Part shown: piece after piece, positions 22,065 through 33,560 of the stretch | Layout: every line of letters begins with the position of its first letter | Position numbering within the stretch: position 1 is the stretch's first letter | From: Piedraia hortae CBS 480.64 | Lineage: Eukaryota | Direction: 5' to 3' | NCBI GenBank assembly: GCA_010093745.1 | Contig: MU005958.1 | Span: 248,001 to 312,000 of the forward strand | Length of the DNA stretch: 64,000 nt | Position numbers and translations under genes: made by a program | Notes under the pieces: generated by a model | The model's database searches: none | Told to the model about the DNA's origin: nothing | The model's input: only the letters and a program-made list of their open reading frames with translations

Positions 22065-23562
22065 TCAATCATAATACTCGAACCCATAATACCCATATGC
22101 CCCAGCCTCTCTCTGCGTAGCACAAACCTCCTCACTTGCGAGACTATCCCTCAACCGCTTCCTCAAGCCAACGGGATCCTTGTGCCAATCGCAAGCCCAA
22201 TCACAGACCTGCGGGGAGGAATCCCCAAAATAATCGGCGATAAGCCGATGTCTACACCTCCCCGTCTCCTCACAATAAGCAACCAAAGCCTTTAAGCTCT
22301 GATCTCGATTCTGCAGGGCGGCGCCTTTAATTTTTTCCATCTCACGCGCCAGCATCTGGCCCGCCCTGTCGCGATCCTCTCGGCTATAGTAGAGGATGCA
22401 AGCCGCGGCGCAGCCGTCCCTTCCCGCACGACCAGCCTCTTGATAGAACCCCTCAAACGACTTTGGAAGTTCCCAATGCACCACGAAACGGACGTCTTCT
22501 TTGTCGATGCCCATGCCAAAAGCCGTTGTCGCCACAATCACATCATAGCCCACCTTGTTCGCCACCCAGCCTGCGAGCGCCTCTTCCTTATTCGCCACGC
22601 TGAGCCCGGCGTGGTAGGCTTTTGCCCCTATCCCGTCCGAGCACAGCCTCGACGCCAGCGCTTCCGTGTCCCGTCGGAAACGCGTGTATATAATACCCGA
22701 CAGGTTATCGGCCCGCTCGTTGCGGGTTCGAAGCTCCTGGGCGCGACGGTTATTATTGCGTCTGCGGTCGTGTGCGGCTCGAAGCCAGGAGAGGAAGTCC
22801 GAGTAGTGGTCTTTTTCGTCAGATTTGAAGCGGACTTCGTAGTGTAGGTTTGGGCGGTTGGTGGTCATGACAAACGTCTCCATGTTGGCGCGGTTGAGGT
22901 TTAGGGTGCTGAGGATATCTTCCCGTACTCGCTCCGTGGCTGTCGCGGTGCAGCACATCATGGGCACATCGGGGAACTCTTTCTTGAACCAGTCCAATTG
23001 CTTGAAGCTGGGCCGGAAGTCGTGGCCCCATTCTGATATGCAGTGCGCTTCGTCCACTGCTACTCGGGCCAATTCTCGTTGATCGTGCACGATCTTCAGA
23101 CACTGACGGAATCGACTGCCTTGGCAGTATTCGGGAGTGACATAAAGGAGACGTGTGATGGGATGTCCGCTTTTGAGATCGTCTAGGATAGCATTTTTCA
23201 CCGTCGTTGTGGTTGTGCTGTTAATGGTAGCCACTTTGATTCCTGCCCTTTGCATGGCTGAGAGTTGATTGTTCATCAACGCCAGAAGCGGTGAGATGAC
23301 AATGGTGATGCCATGGTCCACGACCGCGGGAAGCTGGAAGCATAGGCTCTTTCCAAAACTTGTAGCCGCTTGCAAAAATACATCCCGGCCTTCAAGCGCG
23401 GCAGTGATAACCTCTCGCTGAACGGGGCTGGTAATTGATTCGTTAATGGCATTCAAATCTCGCAACAGAAGCCAAGTACCGAAAGCTTTCTCTGCTAAAC
23501 ACCTTGCGTAGTGTAAAATCAACGTCTACCGTGTCACCAAGTTTGCGCTTCGTCGAGGGCAT
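22065..23562 (-). CDS. Short RecQ-family DNA helicase (helicase core plus RQC zinc site, no evident HRDC); intron 23428-23479
   Basis: TSFGKSLCFQLP, VDEAHCISEWGHDFRP, ATTAFGMGIDK, YQEAGRAGRDG and YC...CRH...CDWACDW. Exon 1 reads MPSTKRK...RESFR. Confidence 0.9.
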
Positions 23563-23647
23563 TGCTCTATCATGTTGCTCTCTTGTTGGAGTCAGAAGGT
23601 TCGAAATTAGGGTTGGAGCCGCGGAAAATCTCAATCGCACACATCAA

Positions 23648-25411
23648 TTATTTGATATATGTACCGTCCCCTCTTGAAAGTCTATCTACCAGCCTTTGTA
23701 CAATTTCCTCATCCGCCGGTCCCATGTTCTTCCATCGTGTCTTTATGTACTTCCATACTTCCTGCATCTTGGCCGCCCCAGCGCACTTGTAAAAGGCTTT
23801 GAGGGCAATCTGGACAGTGGCCCGCGAGAAGAATGGCGGGCTACCTGCATACATGTCAGGCTCGGTGCCCAGTGCGTACGTATCAACGACAGCTTGGCAG
23901 AATTGCTGCCATACCTCCTCCAGTCGTGCGCGAGTCCATTGCGTGCAGTAATCGTTGCCAAATCGCCAGAAGCCCCGGAAAATGTGGACAAAATTGTTGC
24001 CTGCAATCTCCAGTCCACGCTGGTGCATCTCCTCGATAAGCTCCGCGATGCGAAGGAGTCCGTTTGCGGCGTTGGAGTGGTGCTGGAGGAGAATGCAATA
24101 GGTACCAGCATCTGGGGAGATGGGAGTGAGCATCTGGATCTTCTGCTGTCGTTCGTCCAGGGGTGTTTGTGAGCCAAAGTACGATGCTTCGTGCTCCCGT
24201 CTCTCCCGCCGCAGCTGTTGAGCTTTGCGGTTGAGCTGCTTGCCGAGACGTTTCCGTTCCTGCCAGGTTCGCAGGCTCTCTGTTCCCATCTTCTCCTCCA
24301 CCAACTGCTTCATCTTGGTAAATATTGCCTCGGCGGCCGCGGGCTCACCAGCCCGAAGCATTGACACGATTACGCAATTCATCACGCCCGTGTCGACAAA
24401 CTCGTCGGCATTGACCAGATCACGGAAGGCCTGTCTCACGCCGTCTCCATCACCAAGTATGCCTTTGTAATATATGATGCTGGTGCGATGGAAGCGATCC
24501 AGCAAAAAGTTTCTGCTCCGCAGCTCCCGGTGTATGGTGTCCGCAAGGGCAAAACGACCGGCGCTGACAGCCACATCGAACAATATATTCAAGGTGACGT
24601 GGGTGGCCTGATGACCGCTCTGCTCCATCCTCATCCAACTCTCGACCGTCGCCTTGAGCTCCTTGGACGTCGCATGCCTCACCCACTTGCCGGTAAAGGC
24701 TATCGCGCTGTTCCACTCCGAGGCAGACAACTGCACTCCTTCGCTCAGGCATTCTTCGAGTAGCGCCAGATAGCGATGCACAGCATTGCGGACGTTCTTG
24801 TGCCGGACGCTGCTGAGGTGCTGGAAAGACGATTTGATGTCTCTGTCAGTGAGATGATGAACGCGAGGAGCCTTGATGTTGAGGTACGTGTCCCAGAGCT
24901 CGCCCAGCGAGATGTATCCTCGTTTTTGGCCCAATAAGCGCCGATACTTTGCCAGGATCTGAGCCTGATTCTGGTCTTCTGGAGGAGATACTACCCGCAC
25001 AGTCTCCTGCTGCGGTGTCATAGTTAAACGTGGAGCAAGAGGCATGTGTTTCCTCTCGGGCTCACCACGCAGAGGTCCATATGTCTGCACCAGATCGCAA
25101 TATTCTTGCTTGGAAATGGCATGTTCGGATGCTGAGAAACTCGATGTGGAGAAGGACCGGGAAGCTCGGGGTCTCGGTCGCCGAGACGACTTCCATGGAT
25201 CGACATGCCTAGAACAAGAGCCAGCTGAGACCAGGGCCTTGATAAACACATCCTCGACTTTCTGGGCGTCTTGAATTGCGCGCCTCGCGTCCTCCTTGAC
25301 GCCCGACTTGGAGATGAAATAAAAATCGTAAAAAACAGCAGAGCAAAGAGCAACACGGGAGGCTAGTCGAGCAGTCCACAGGCGAACGAGGGCGTTGGAC
25401 ATGGGACATGT
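23648..25411 (-). CDS. Pentatricopeptide-repeat protein (probably mitochondrial RNA metabolism); start uncertain
   Basis: PPR-like units WNSAIAF, TLNILFDVAVSAGRFALA, VMNCVIVSMLRAGEPAAAEAIF and PDAGTYCILL. Confidence 0.82.
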   Translation of the reverse strand, partial: TCPMSNALVRLWTARLASRVALCSAVFYDFYFISKSGVKEDARRAIQDAQKVEDVFIKALVSAGSCSRHVDPWKSSRRPRPRASRSFSTSSFSASEHAISKQEYCDLVQTYGPLRGEPERKHMPLAPRLTMTPQQETVRVVSPPEDQNQAQILAKYRRLLGQKRGYISLGELWDTYLNIKAPRVHHLTDRDIKSSFQHLSSVRHKNVRNAVHRYLALLEECLSEGVQLSASEWNSAIAFTGKWVRHATSKELKATVESWMRMEQSGHQATHVTLNILFDVAVSAGRFALADTIHRELRSRNFLLDRFHRTSIIYYKGILGDGDGVRQAFRDLVNADEFVDTGVMNCVIVSMLRAGEPAAAEAIFTKMKQLVEEKMGTESLRTWQERKRLGKQLNRKAQQLRRERREHEASYFGSQTPLDERQQKIQMLTPISPDAGTYCILLQHHSNAANGLLRIAELIEEMHQRGLEIAGNNFVHIFRGFWRFGNDYCTQWTRARLEEVWQQFCQAVVDTYALGTEPDMYAGSPPFFSRATVQIALKAFYKCAGAAKMQEVWKYIKTRWKNMGPADEEIVQRLVDRLSRGDGTYIK

Positions 25412-25525
25412 CATTGCCCAGAGGCCATGCAATGTCGCATCGGTACGTGACATGTGAAAATTCACATCTCTTCCGCGGGGACGTGACCCCAAGTGACAAA
25501 TCACGTCGCACCTCAGCATCCATCA

Positions 25526-26387
25526 ATGGGCCGTCAGAACCTCGCGCCGTTGCGCGTGCACAAGGCAGTGACGCAAATATTAAAGACGTCACCCAATTCT
25601 ACGCCTCCGCCGTGGTACGATGCTGTGGCCGCAGTCCCGCCGCCAAGCCGGTTGACACGGCCGCTACTCCAGCGATCGCAGATTCCCGGCAAGAAGAAGG
25701 CGTCTCGCATGTTCATGCCCTTGGCGCTGAAGTATGAAGAGGACGATCTACGGTGGGAATATTTCAATGATCATCCGTGGGAACTGGCGCGGCCGAGAAT
25801 GGTACTGGAGAACGACGGCAAGGACGCACAAAGATGGGATTGGAGCATCCCGCTGGACCATGCCCTCAACAGGCCAGCGCCGGGAAAGGTGGATGACGTT
25901 GGAAACAGACAGGATGAGCAATGGGACAGGGTGCGCAAGTCACAGAACGGGCGGCCCATCAATGGCGAATCGTAAGCAGATGCGCACTTTAGGAACAAGA
26001 ATCGAACTGATAGGCTACGACAGTGTTGTTCAGAGGCAGGCACATCTCATGTCGGCTGGCCACGACACAGACTCGGCATACAATATTGCCCGGAAAGAGT
26101 TCTATCGTGTCAGACATGCGCAGGAGATCGAAGAGAGAGTGGCACGGGAAGAAGCGCTGTCGACCGGCGCATTCTTCGGGCCCGGCCCGCTTGAAGTCGG
26201 CATGCAGCTCGAGGATCAAAAGTACGAGGAGTGGAAGAAGTGGGCGGCGCGGGAGATCATGGCCATGAAACAACAGCAAGCGTCTGCCTATTCGGGGCCC
26301 GAGGAGGCTGAGGGCCAGGGCGAAGTTTGTGAGGGCCAGATGGAAGTGGCCGAGGTCCAAGACTCCAGGGTTCGAGTGGATGCATAG
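25526..26387 (+). CDS. RSM25: Mitochondrial ribosomal protein mS23/Rsm25; intron 25972-26023
   Basis: PPWY...PP, YEEDDLRWEYFNDHPWELARP and NGES|VVQRQ...AYNIARKEFY..R. Confidence 0.9.
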
Positions 26388-26461
26388 GGCTGCTGTATCA
26401 GTACATGTGTGATATGTGGCATAATTATTCCTACATTCTTCCGCTCTTGGCGCTGCTGGAC

Positions 26462-28020
26462 CTAGTTGCCGCCACTGGCTGCGGCTTCTCGCTCCAGAAA
26501 GTCGTTCCAAAGCTCTGCCATTGACTCCTTCCCGGCAACGGGTGAGTCGGGGAAGAATTCCGAGCCCAGAGTGGGCGTGGACGGGGTCCGTCTAAAGGGC
26601 GAGAGCGGCACCTTGAGCGGCCCAGAGTTGCTTCCGGCCCGCACCAGACCGGCCTGTTCCTTCTGACGCTCGTCCCAGCCGAGCAGGGCGGCAATCAGCT
26701 GCAGCACCTGGAACTTCTTGGGATCACCACGGTCCAGGGCCAGGAATTGGAGGAAGTGGTTGGTGACAAGCTGGCGGTCGACGTTGTCCTCCAGCTTGCC
26801 GCGCTTGAGGAACCGCAAGGCTTTGGTCAGGTGGTCGTTGAGGGTAACGGCCTCGTGCCTGAGCTTTCCAATCTGCAGAGTCTTCTCCTTGACCTCGCGC
26901 TCAAACGGTTCCGCTCGCTCCAGAGCCGCCTTGGTCTGGTCCAGTTCGGTGCGGAGGCTGGCCGCCGCCTCATCTGAATGCACTGCTTGTTTCCGCAGCT
27001 CGGCCACCTGGGCCTCGGACTGCTCTACAATCTCCTTTAGCTCCCGCTTACGCTCATCTTGCAGCTCTTTGAGCGCCCGTTGCAGCCCGCTGATGGTGCT
27101 GCTCTGCGTCTCCGCCTCGTGCCTGGCACGAGCGTGAGTTTCTCTTAGGGCGCTCAGCTGCTCTTCTACGTCGGCCCTGCTCTCCTCGGCAGCCTCCCGC
27201 CGTGACCGTTCCTCGGTAGCCAGCATCTCCCAATCCTGCATGGCCTGCCGGGCCACCTCACCCTCTTCCCTCGCGTGGGCCAGCTGTGCGGCCATATCGT
27301 CCCGTTCCCGAACCCAATTGCTGGTCGATACGTGGCTCTTCTTGCGCAGGGCTTCAAGCTCGGCCGATTGGCTGCCGACTTTGTCGTTAAGGGCAGATAC
27401 CTGCTCCTGTAGCCGCTCGTTCTCCTCTGCAGCTGTCGCCTGTGCCGCCTCCAGCTCTTCAATCCGCCCCCTCGCCTGCTCAAGTTCTTCCGCATCAGCC
27501 TTGAGTCGTTCGTCCAGCTGTGATCGGATCACGTTGACCTTGCCAAGCAGGTTCCGGTATTGCGTCTCGGCCTGCTTCTTGCCCTGCTGCAACCGCTCGA
27601 GCATTCCCTGGGATTGAGCGAGCTCTTCGCCGTGTTGCCGCCGTAGGTCTTCAAGGCTTTGCCGCAGCTTCGTCACTTCGTCGCGCAGCTCATTTCGCTC
27701 TTGCTGCAGGGCGTCCAGCCGCGCCGTTGCGTCTTTGTCGTTTGGGTTTCCATCCTTCGCTCCTCCCCCTTCTTTCATGTCCTGTGCTTCTTTTGCTTCT
27801 TCTACCACGCCTGCTGCATCTTCTGTCACGGATGGTTTTGCCCCATCAGGCTGACTTCCATTCGCTTCCACGGCCGCCTGGGCTTCTGCTGGCGCGGCTT
27901 CTTCGTTGCCGTTTGCCTTTTTATTCTTCTTTTTCTTCTTGGCTGGACGGTAGTGTTAGTAGCTCGGTCCTCCTTCTATCTTCCACACTGACCTGAACCT
28001 GTACCAACCGTTGCTGACAT
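26462..28020 (-). CDS. RUD3: Golgi matrix coiled-coil GRAB-domain protein; intron 27943-27992
   Basis: Long coiled coil, then IGKLRHEAVTLNDHLTKALRFLK..EDNVDRQLVTN..KKFQVLQLI. The C-terminus reads LWNDFLE. Confidence 0.88.
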
Positions 28021-28385
28021 GGTTGATTATGATACCGGGAAGCCTGATGTCGTTCGAGGACACGCATACGGATGCCTCGGGCATGTTTGAGCCGCAGGAA
28101 ATTTTGGCCTCAGGCATATAGTGGCCTCAGGCAACCACACACCCCCATCTCCCTCCGTCTTTTTCTTTTCTCCTCTTCTTCAACCACGGGTCCCAATACC
28201 CCTGTGAGCCCTTGCTCGTCCATAGAGCTGTACGGATTTCCCAGTGGACCAAAAGCAAATTACCTAGCCGACTTAATCCTGACTGCTCTCATCTACGTAG
28301 AGCTTTTGGGTTCGCTGTTGGCATACATTTTTATCAGTCGAGAGAATTCTCTACATTATGAATTACATATTTAGTGTCCTAGGCT

Positions 28386-29539
28386 TCAGCCAAAGTCGGA
28401 ATAATCGTTCAAAGCCACACAGACTGCCCCGTGGTGGTGTCCATTATACTGCCTGATGACGGTCTTGGTTGAGAGCTCCCACAGCCGAGCGTAGTGGTCG
28501 CTGCAGGCTGTGACGAGGTAGGCCGAGTCTGCAGAAAAGGCGCAGTCCCAGACCCAGCGCTGGTGTCCATCCAGCTCCTTTTCCAGCTCGAAGCCAGATG
28601 CTTCGTCTGTGTCCTCGTCATCCGTAAGACTGTCGGCAAGTAGCGAACCACGTTCGAGATCTACAGCCCAGATCCTCGCCGTGTGGTCGGCTGAGCAGGT
28701 AGCGAGATGGTTCCCGTCTGGTGAAAGCAGGATGCGCGTGATATAAGTGCCGTGGGCCTTGAACCTCGCCACTGGCACGAGGCTCGTCTCTTCGCGCACA
28801 GTGACCATGCGCCACACATATACTGCCCCGTGTACGCTGTTGCTTACGGCTGCGCAAAGTAGAGTGCCGTCCGTGGCAACCGTGACCGAAGCCACGCTCT
28901 TATCCTCCTCGGGCACCAGCTGGTGGCTGCACTTGTTCTCTCCAAGATCCCAGATGCGGACGTTGCCGCTGCGATCGCACGAGATCAGCTCTGCTTGGTT
29001 GGGGTGTATGACCACGTCATTGACAGGGCAGCCGTGGGAATAGTTGCGCTGAATGTGTCCATTGCGCGTATCCCAGATCTTGACTGTGCCTTTGAACTCG
29101 GTTAGCTTTCCCTCCGATCGGCCTTGAATCGATACACATATATATATACCATCTTCGGAGCTGGTCGTCATCCACTTGCTTTCGCAGTGGAAAGCCACTC
29201 CCGTCACATTGTTCGTGTGGCCCTCGAACGTAAGGACGGGCGACGGATTGGCAGACCTTAGGTCAAACAATTTGACGTTACGGTGTCCGGCAGCAGCAAG
29301 GTAGCGTTTACACGGCGAGATGGCAAGTCTGTTGACCTGCGAATCAGAGTGTTGAAGCGTGCGATGGCATAGGCCACTCAATGCTTCCCAGAATCTGTTT
29401 CAACTGTTAGAGGACGACTTAATAAATTGTCGTATCCATCCACACCTAATGACATGATCATAGCCGGCTATATCAACCTTAGTTTCAGCTCGCTTAAAGG
29501 ACATCCTTTCTTCTTACCGGTACAAAGTAAGACACTCAT
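28386..29539 (-). CDS. LST8: TOR complex WD40 subunit Lst8, 3 introns
   Basis: MSVLLCT|AGYDHVIR|FWEALSG...SQVNRL, HPNQAELISCD and GHQRWVWDCAFSADSAYLVT. A 60-bp in-frame intron lies at 29090-29149. Confidence 0.93.
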
Positions 29540-29704
29540 CTCTGGCTTGCGCTCTCAAGTTGTTGAGGACGTGATCCCCATCATGTTTTGATGTCGTGCG
29601 TGTTGACCGCAACCCCCGCGCCGCCTCCAAACTTTTACCAGCGTTCACATCTGATACACGAGATCAAGATCACCCCTCAATCAAACACATCAGATTGACT
29701 ACAT

Positions 29705-32700
29705 CTATCCCACAATGCATGCATTTTCCTCCAACTCTTCCACCACCGGCTTTTCCTTTTTGGTCCCCATTTCCCCTAGAGCATCAAACAAAACCCCTCG
29801 CCCTCCCGTTGGCCTTTCTACCTCGTCAGCCTTGGCGGTCCCATCAACACGTCCAACCTCATCAACAACAAAAACCTTCTCCACAACCTGCTTTGCCAGG
29901 ACACCCACCTCCTTGACAAGAGTTTGTACTGCCTTGGCCCGCTCCCTCATTCCTCTCCTCAAACAAGCCCTAACCACCTCCCTCGCATCGCCCAACAACA
30001 CATTATACCTCTCCACCAACCTTTTAATTGAATTGACCAAGTACTCCTCTTCATAAACAGTCCCCTTCTTACCCCTAGCCCTCTTCCTCTCCTCTCGTCG
30101 CTTGTTCTTCGACGTCATCCTCGACCCGCTACTCAAGCCCGTATACCTCGTCATGAACGTACCAGCAGTAGTCGTCGCATCCGTCATAGCAATGGAGATA
30201 TCATCCGGGAATTCTCCTCCTGCCCCCTCAGCCGCATCACCATAAAACCCCAAAGGATTCGCAGCCTTCAACTCGCGAAGCGTCCCTACCCTCTCCCCCT
30301 GTGCAAGCAACTGAGAGCTCATCTCCGCCATCGTCTCCGTAAACGACGCAGCCGCCTCTCCGAGACCCGGATCCACTACCTTATCAAACAAATTCCCATC
30401 CTGCCGCTGCTTCGCCGCGAGTGCAAATGCTTCATTAAACGCATTCGCTTTGCAGAGCAGCCCCACCGCTGTAGACACGTCGGCAAGGTAATCGCGGTGT
30501 ATCACTGCCGCGGAAGCGTAAGATTTGGATTCTTCCAGCCCACTAGCCAGGGATCGCGCGAGCGATACGACGGCGGATTCGTCGTACCCTGCAAGGTCCG
30601 CGCAGCTGAGACTCTCGCGCCAGAGGCCCGCGGAGGAGTAGGCTTCGCTTGCGCGTGTGTATTCCCGAATGGATTCGTAACATTCCCCCGCTTGGGAGAA
30701 TTGGGAGATGGAGGAGAGATGCTCCGCGTAGAGGGTCACGATTGTTTCAAGTTCGGGGGGAGTGTACTTGTATAGTTCCATTGCCAAGGGGTAGAGGTCG
30801 CTGTGTTTCTGTAGGTAGGATTTTACTTCTTCGAATGTGTCGGGCATGGACCGCAGCTCCGCGAGGGCTTTGGAGTATCGCTGCAGATCGCTGTTGATGC
30901 TGTATCGGCGTCTAGGCTCGGACAGGGCGTGGAGATTTTGGAGGTATGGGAGGTACTCTCGTGGGTCCTTATGGGATGACTTTTGCGCAATCGACAACGC
31001 CATATCGAGATCATAGAGACCCAGGGCCGTATCGTACAACGTGTTTACGTCGGCCAGGAAACAGATGTGTTCGATTGCGGCTTCGGAGTAGGGCTTACCA
31101 TTGGCGGATATCAGTTTCAGGGCGGATTCGAGGTCGGGGGGTGATTTGGATATGTGTGCTGTGATGAGGTTCTGGGTGGATGTAGATGGTAAGGCGGCAA
31201 GGAACATATCGCATATGAAGTTGACTTTACCGGTTGGAAACACCTCTTGTGGGAGGACGGTGTCTGCGAGCGTCTCCTTGTACATTGTCATTGCCACGTT
31301 CTCTTCGATCAAAGAGCCGAGGAAGAGATCTATCCATTCAGGTTTCTGGACTTGGCTTATGAATAGGCCCACGTTCTCTTTGAGCTGCACAGGAGCGTAG
31401 TCGTGGAGGATATTGAGGTCCACGCGATGTGTACGACAAATTTTGAACGCCGTTTCGTAGTCCTTCTGGTTGATTGCATGTCGAATCCCAGCCAAGACGA
31501 AAGCGCGGGGGTAGATTGTTTCGAGGTTACCTCTTGGCATCTGGAGTATCAGGGAGTATGCTGAGGGTATCACAGTAACTATCTTCGCGCCACGTTCGAT
31601 AGAACGGCAACGTTCATCCTTTTCAGGTTCGTCTGGTGGAACTTCAAGCCTTTGCAGGTGTATAAATTTGAGAAGATGGTTGCTGGTTGTGTAAATTAGA
31701 TGGGATAGTGTTACCACGAATGAGGTGCAGCCTGGTATACGAAGACCTTGGCCTTTTAATACGCCGTTTGTTGAAAGGGAGAACATCTCCTCTGTCTGGA
31801 GTTTGTCTTGTTCAGAGCATTGAGCGGCTCGTTGCACAGGCCTAGCTGTATAGTCCCACTTCCACGCAGTCGTCTTATCACCGTGGTACACAGTAATCCC
31901 CGTTCCATCCTCATTAAACACGGCAGATTCAGCCGGAGCAGGTAAATCAATCTCATCAAAGCTCATCGGCGGAGGAATGTTTGCAAGGCGAAGAGGAGTG
32001 ACCTTCAATTTTTTTCCATCTATCGCCGCCATAAGACCAAGATCGTGTGGTGGCTTAACAGAGCCTCGCGTAAATGCAAGCTCGTAGCAAATTTGCTGGA
32101 GCTGGTGTCCCGTAGCAAGTGCTAATTTCAAGCTTTGCTCCGGGTGCCACTTAAGCTGTGCATTATCAATCGTAATCTCCTGCTTGAGGTACCAGTGATA
32201 GTTTCCCATTGTCCACAATTGAACCCTGTCCGACATCGTCACAGCCAAGACTGTAGAGTCTATATTCCATGCGAGATCCACCTCCCTCGCATCAGCGACC
32301 CGCATATCAAACTCCCCATGACGAAGTCCGTTGCGTTCAAAAAACACAACCTTGGTGTTATCATTGCCCCTTTGTACCCCAGCAATGACCTGTCCGCTGG
32401 GCATCCAACTCATAGCGGCCTCCAGCCCGTTGACAGCTTCAGATACGGCCTCTAGTGTCCCTTGTCGGTCATAGATCCGAGCGATTCGTCGCCTTGGCTC
32501 TGACTCTAGAATTGAGTTAAGAACAAAACACTGACCATCTCCTCTCCAGGAGATAGTCACCCGTCCGTCGTCCCCTTCGTTCAAGCTGCCCTCGTCAACA
32601 TGTTCAGGAACAGTGGGATCCCTCAACGCCTTTGCGGCACCACGACCCTTGAACTGCGTTTCCTTTTTACCCCATCCAACCGAAACATGATTTGAAACTT

Positions 32701-33151
32701 TGACATCTTCAACCGAGAGGGTGATATCGGCGAGCTGGTCAAAGTCCCTCGTCATAAGCAACAACGTATCCGCCGTTGTGGCGATGGCTACGAGTTCCTC
32801 ATCGGGACTCCACGAAGCGGCCTTGATCCCCGAATCGATGGTACCTATAATTTCGACATTTTCCACTTCATTGTCTCCAGTGTTCCGCACGGCAACGATA
32901 TCGCCGAGCGCAAAAATGATAATAGTCGTGCCCAAGTCAGCGAAGCAATGAATGTTAATTATGCAATCCCCCGTCATTGCAGGAAAGGTTGTGATCTCTT
33001 CGACATGATCCCCATCCGTGGAAATACGTCTCAAAGTTATGTTCCCTTCGTTGCAATGGGCTGAGGCTACATTATCGAGTTCGAATGCGTGTGCGGATAT
33101 GGGCTGTTCCAAAGTCGTCTCTTGATGTCTCGTGCGTATTAGGTTGCGCAT
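29705..33151 (-). CDS. ELP1: Elongator complex subunit 1
   Basis: MRNL start, WSPDEE, VGWGKKETQFKG, SWRGDG, FFERNGLRHGEF, QMPRGNLET and RARGKKGTVYEEEYL. Confidence 0.95.
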   Translation of the reverse strand: MRNLIRTRHQETTLEQPISAHAFELDNVASAHCNEGNITLRRISTDGDHVEEITTFPAMTGDCIINIHCFADLGTTIIIFALGDIVAVRNTGDNEVENVEIIGTIDSGIKAASWSPDEELVAIATTADTLLLMTRDFDQLADITLSVEDVKVSNHVSVGWGKKETQFKGRGAAKALRDPTVPEHVDEGSLNEGDDGRVTISWRGDGQCFVLNSILESEPRRRIARIYDRQGTLEAVSEAVNGLEAAMSWMPSGQVIAGVQRGNDNTKVVFFERNGLRHGEFDMRVADAREVDLAWNIDSTVLAVTMSDRVQLWTMGNYHWYLKQEITIDNAQLKWHPEQSLKLALATGHQLQQICYELAFTRGSVKPPHDLGLMAAIDGKKLKVTPLRLANIPPPMSFDEIDLPAPAESAVFNEDGTGITVYHGDKTTAWKWDYTARPVQRAAQCSEQDKLQTEEMFSLSTNGVLKGQGLRIPGCTSFVVTLSHLIYTTSNHLLKFIHLQRLEVPPDEPEKDERCRSIERGAKIVTVIPSAYSLILQMPRGNLETIYPRAFVLAGIRHAINQKDYETAFKICRTHRVDLNILHDYAPVQLKENVGLFISQVQKPEWIDLFLGSLIEENVAMTMYKETLADTVLPQEVFPTGKVNFICDMFLAALPSTSTQNLITAHISKSPPDLESALKLISANGKPYSEAAIEHICFLADVNTLYDTALGLYDLDMALSIAQKSSHKDPREYLPYLQNLHALSEPRRRYSINSDLQRYSKALAELRSMPDTFEEVKSYLQKHSDLYPLAMELYKYTPPELETIVTLYAEHLSSISQFSQAGECYESIREYTRASEAYSSAGLWRESLSCADLAGYDESAVVSLARSLASGLEESKSYASAAVIHRDYLADVSTAVGLLCKANAFNEAFALAAKQRQDGNLFDKVVDPGLGEAAASFTETMAEMSSQLLAQGERVGTLRELKAANPLGFYGDAAEGAGGEFPDDISIAMTDATTTAGTFMTRYTGLSSGSRMTSKNKRREERKRARGKKGTVYEEEYLVNSIKRLVERYNVLLGDAREVVRACLRRGMRERAKAVQTLVKEVGVLAKQVVEKVFVVDEVGRVDGTAKADEVERPTGGRGVLFDALGEMGTKKEKPVVEELEENACIVG

Positions 33152-33560
33152 GGCCTTTTTCAATAGAGAAAATAACAGATACTTTGCAGTCTCACATGAT
33201 TGGTGGCTAAAATTCAAGTGTGGGCTGTGCGGATACACCCGAGCCAATAAGGAGGAACCTTGGCGGACTTCTCAGATATGAGACAGATGGGACAGTCAAA
33301 AGCCTGCTAGCTGAAGCTTCAGAAAGCAAGATGTAGCGGCAAAGTGGAACTCACAGTCATCGACCAACTGTTGCACCAGAGCAGACTATGGTTCCAAGAG
33401 TCGCAAAAGCGTATTTTGGCGCCTGAGCAGTAACTTACTCCTCGCACATGCCCAAGAGTATTCGAAGAACGATGAATGATTGGGCACTTCAAGACGGGAA
33501 CTAGCGGAAGTTCAAATGCTCGTGTTTCTGAGGCGCAGTTACAGACGCTTTGACCGCGAC

